From the IMG/VR virus record IMGVR_UViG_3300049098_000031, positions 1 to 54,990 of that record: DNA of 54,990 nt; one strand, 5' to 3'. The DNA comes from a virus (lineage: Duplodnaviria; Caudoviricetes). A program made the position numbers and the translations under genes. Every line of letters begins with the position of its first letter. Positions within the stretch are counted from its first letter, which is position 1. Below are positions 53,853-54,990 of the stretch, piece by piece. Below the pieces are notes generated by a model. It searched no databases, had not been told where the DNA came from, and saw nothing but the letters and a program-made list of their open reading frames with translations.

Positions 53853-54989
53853 CTATACGCCCCATCCTCGCCACTTGAATTGGGACTTGCGTTTGGCGTT
53901 GAGACTGCTCTTGGTGGCAGGATGATGACCATGACCCAAGATGAGGTCGCGCTGCTCATTGTACTCCTGAAGCAAGGACGCGTTGGAGGAGTCGCTGCCC
54001 CACTGGTCTTCGGGACTGATGGCCGTTCTGGAGAGAATGTCCACGCCCATGGTCATGCAGTCGATCTGGTCGTCGAAACTGCCGAAGGGGAACTGCTCAC
54101 ACTCACGCAGGAAGTCGTCGAGCCATGGCGCTTTCTCGGGAAGGAAGACGCGCCCGCCTTGAATGATCGGCGTGATGGCGTGTACGCGGGACTCCTTGTC
54201 CTTTCCGGCGCGGTACGGGATGACAGCGATGCCGGAGGTGGACTTGAGTTCCTGTATGAGAGACTGGCCAGATGCCAAGTCCTCAATGTACGTGGCGCGT
54301 AGGCCCTTGCCGCGATACTCGTTGTTGAGCTGGATCAGCCGCTGCTTGAGTTCAGGAAAGTTGTAGCGGTCGCGGATGACGCCGAGGACGAAGATGTCGC
54401 CCTCCGGGGTCAGCCCCATCGGCATCGCGACTGTGTAGTCGTTGCCAGCCCCTTTCTTGAACGCGGTGTCGACCGGAATGATGATGGTCGCGAAACGGTC
54501 TGGCACCAGCTCGGTCGGATAATACTGCCACCACTGCTCCTTGATGATGTTGCCACCCTCGATGAACGGGGATTGCTGGTACAAAGCCTCGAACTCGCGC
54601 GGGTTGAGACGCTTGAGGCGGTGCAGGAAGTCCAGTGGGAAGCGCTCGGGCCACAGGGCTTGTTCTTGGCCACTGCTGTCGGTGGTGATGCCCTTGAAGT
54701 CAACGTGATACCAACGGCCCTCCTTGAAGTCCTCACCACGCATGAGCGTGCCGATCAGGTCGTCGGGGTGCCAGCGGGTGTGAATGACGATCTGCTTGGG
54801 CGGACGGCCATCGTGGGTAGGCTGGAGACGATTGACGAGGGCCGATTGGTAGTAACTCCACACCTTTCTGCGGGTGGAGGGCGATTCGGCGTCCTCGCGG
54901 TTCTTGTATGGGTCGTCCACGATCAGGATGTTGGCCGGTCGACCAGAGGTTGAGCCACCAAGGCCCATGCCGTAATACGCGCCACCGGC
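53853..54989 (-). CDS. terL: terminase large subunit (5'-truncated by window)
   Basis: ILIVDDP Walker B, TRWHPDDLIG, LWPE, ALYQQ.P, VDTA, IED.ASG, FP.G..DDQID. Confidence 0.95.
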   Translation of the reverse strand, partial: AGGAYYGMGLGGSTSGRPANILIVDDPYKNREDAESPSTRRKVWSYYQSALVNRLQPTHDGRPPKQIVIHTRWHPDDLIGTLMRGEDFKEGRWYHVDFKGITTDSSGQEQALWPERFPLDFLHRLKRLNPREFEALYQQSPFIEGGNIIKEQWWQYYPTELVPDRFATIIIPVDTAFKKGAGNDYTVAMPMGLTPEGDIFVLGVIRDRYNFPELKQRLIQLNNEYRGKGLRATYIEDLASGQSLIQELKSTSGIAVIPYRAGKDKESRVHAITPIIQGGRVFLPEKAPWLDDFLRECEQFPFGSFDDQIDCMTMGVDILSRTAISPEDQWGSDSSNASLLQEYNEQRDLILGHGHHPATKSSLNAKRKSQFKWRGWGV

Positions 54990-54990
54990 T

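Overview
The whole window looks like one tailed dsDNA phage of podovirus type (GC-rich, ~58% by eye), cut at both ends, with no host genes visible. The left ~15 kb is early/replication. A + operon carries a CobS-like MoxR AAA+ ATPase, HNH nuclease, R-S-E ADP-ribosyltransferase-like protein, CobT-like VWA protein and tyrosine integrase. A - operon carries a Cro-like HTH, primase-polymerase/helicase, HTH-Zn-finger and resolvase. A second + operon carries a Sak4-like ATPase, DUF669 SSB, dATP/dGTP diphosphohydrolase, Cas4-like nuclease and 2OG-Fe(II) oxygenase. The right ~40 kb is one - strand late region: terminase, portal, tail fibre, thermonuclease, lysis cassette, scaffold, capsid, tail, six ejection-type proteins (one a 2867-aa polyvalent protein) and an inserted 7-gene structural cassette. 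The most notable signals not explained by ORFs are four: (1) a non-canonical late promoter G(G/T)A(CG/TT)AC-N18-(T/C)ANNNT in five late-region gaps; (2) a promoter-hairpin-terminator sRNA candidate after the integrase whose loop is complementary to the start of the CobT-like gene; (3) a second hairpin RNA with an anti-SD loop after the scaffold gene; (4) strong enrichment of the palindrome CGTACG. All protein calls come from motif recognition by eye; no database search was run.
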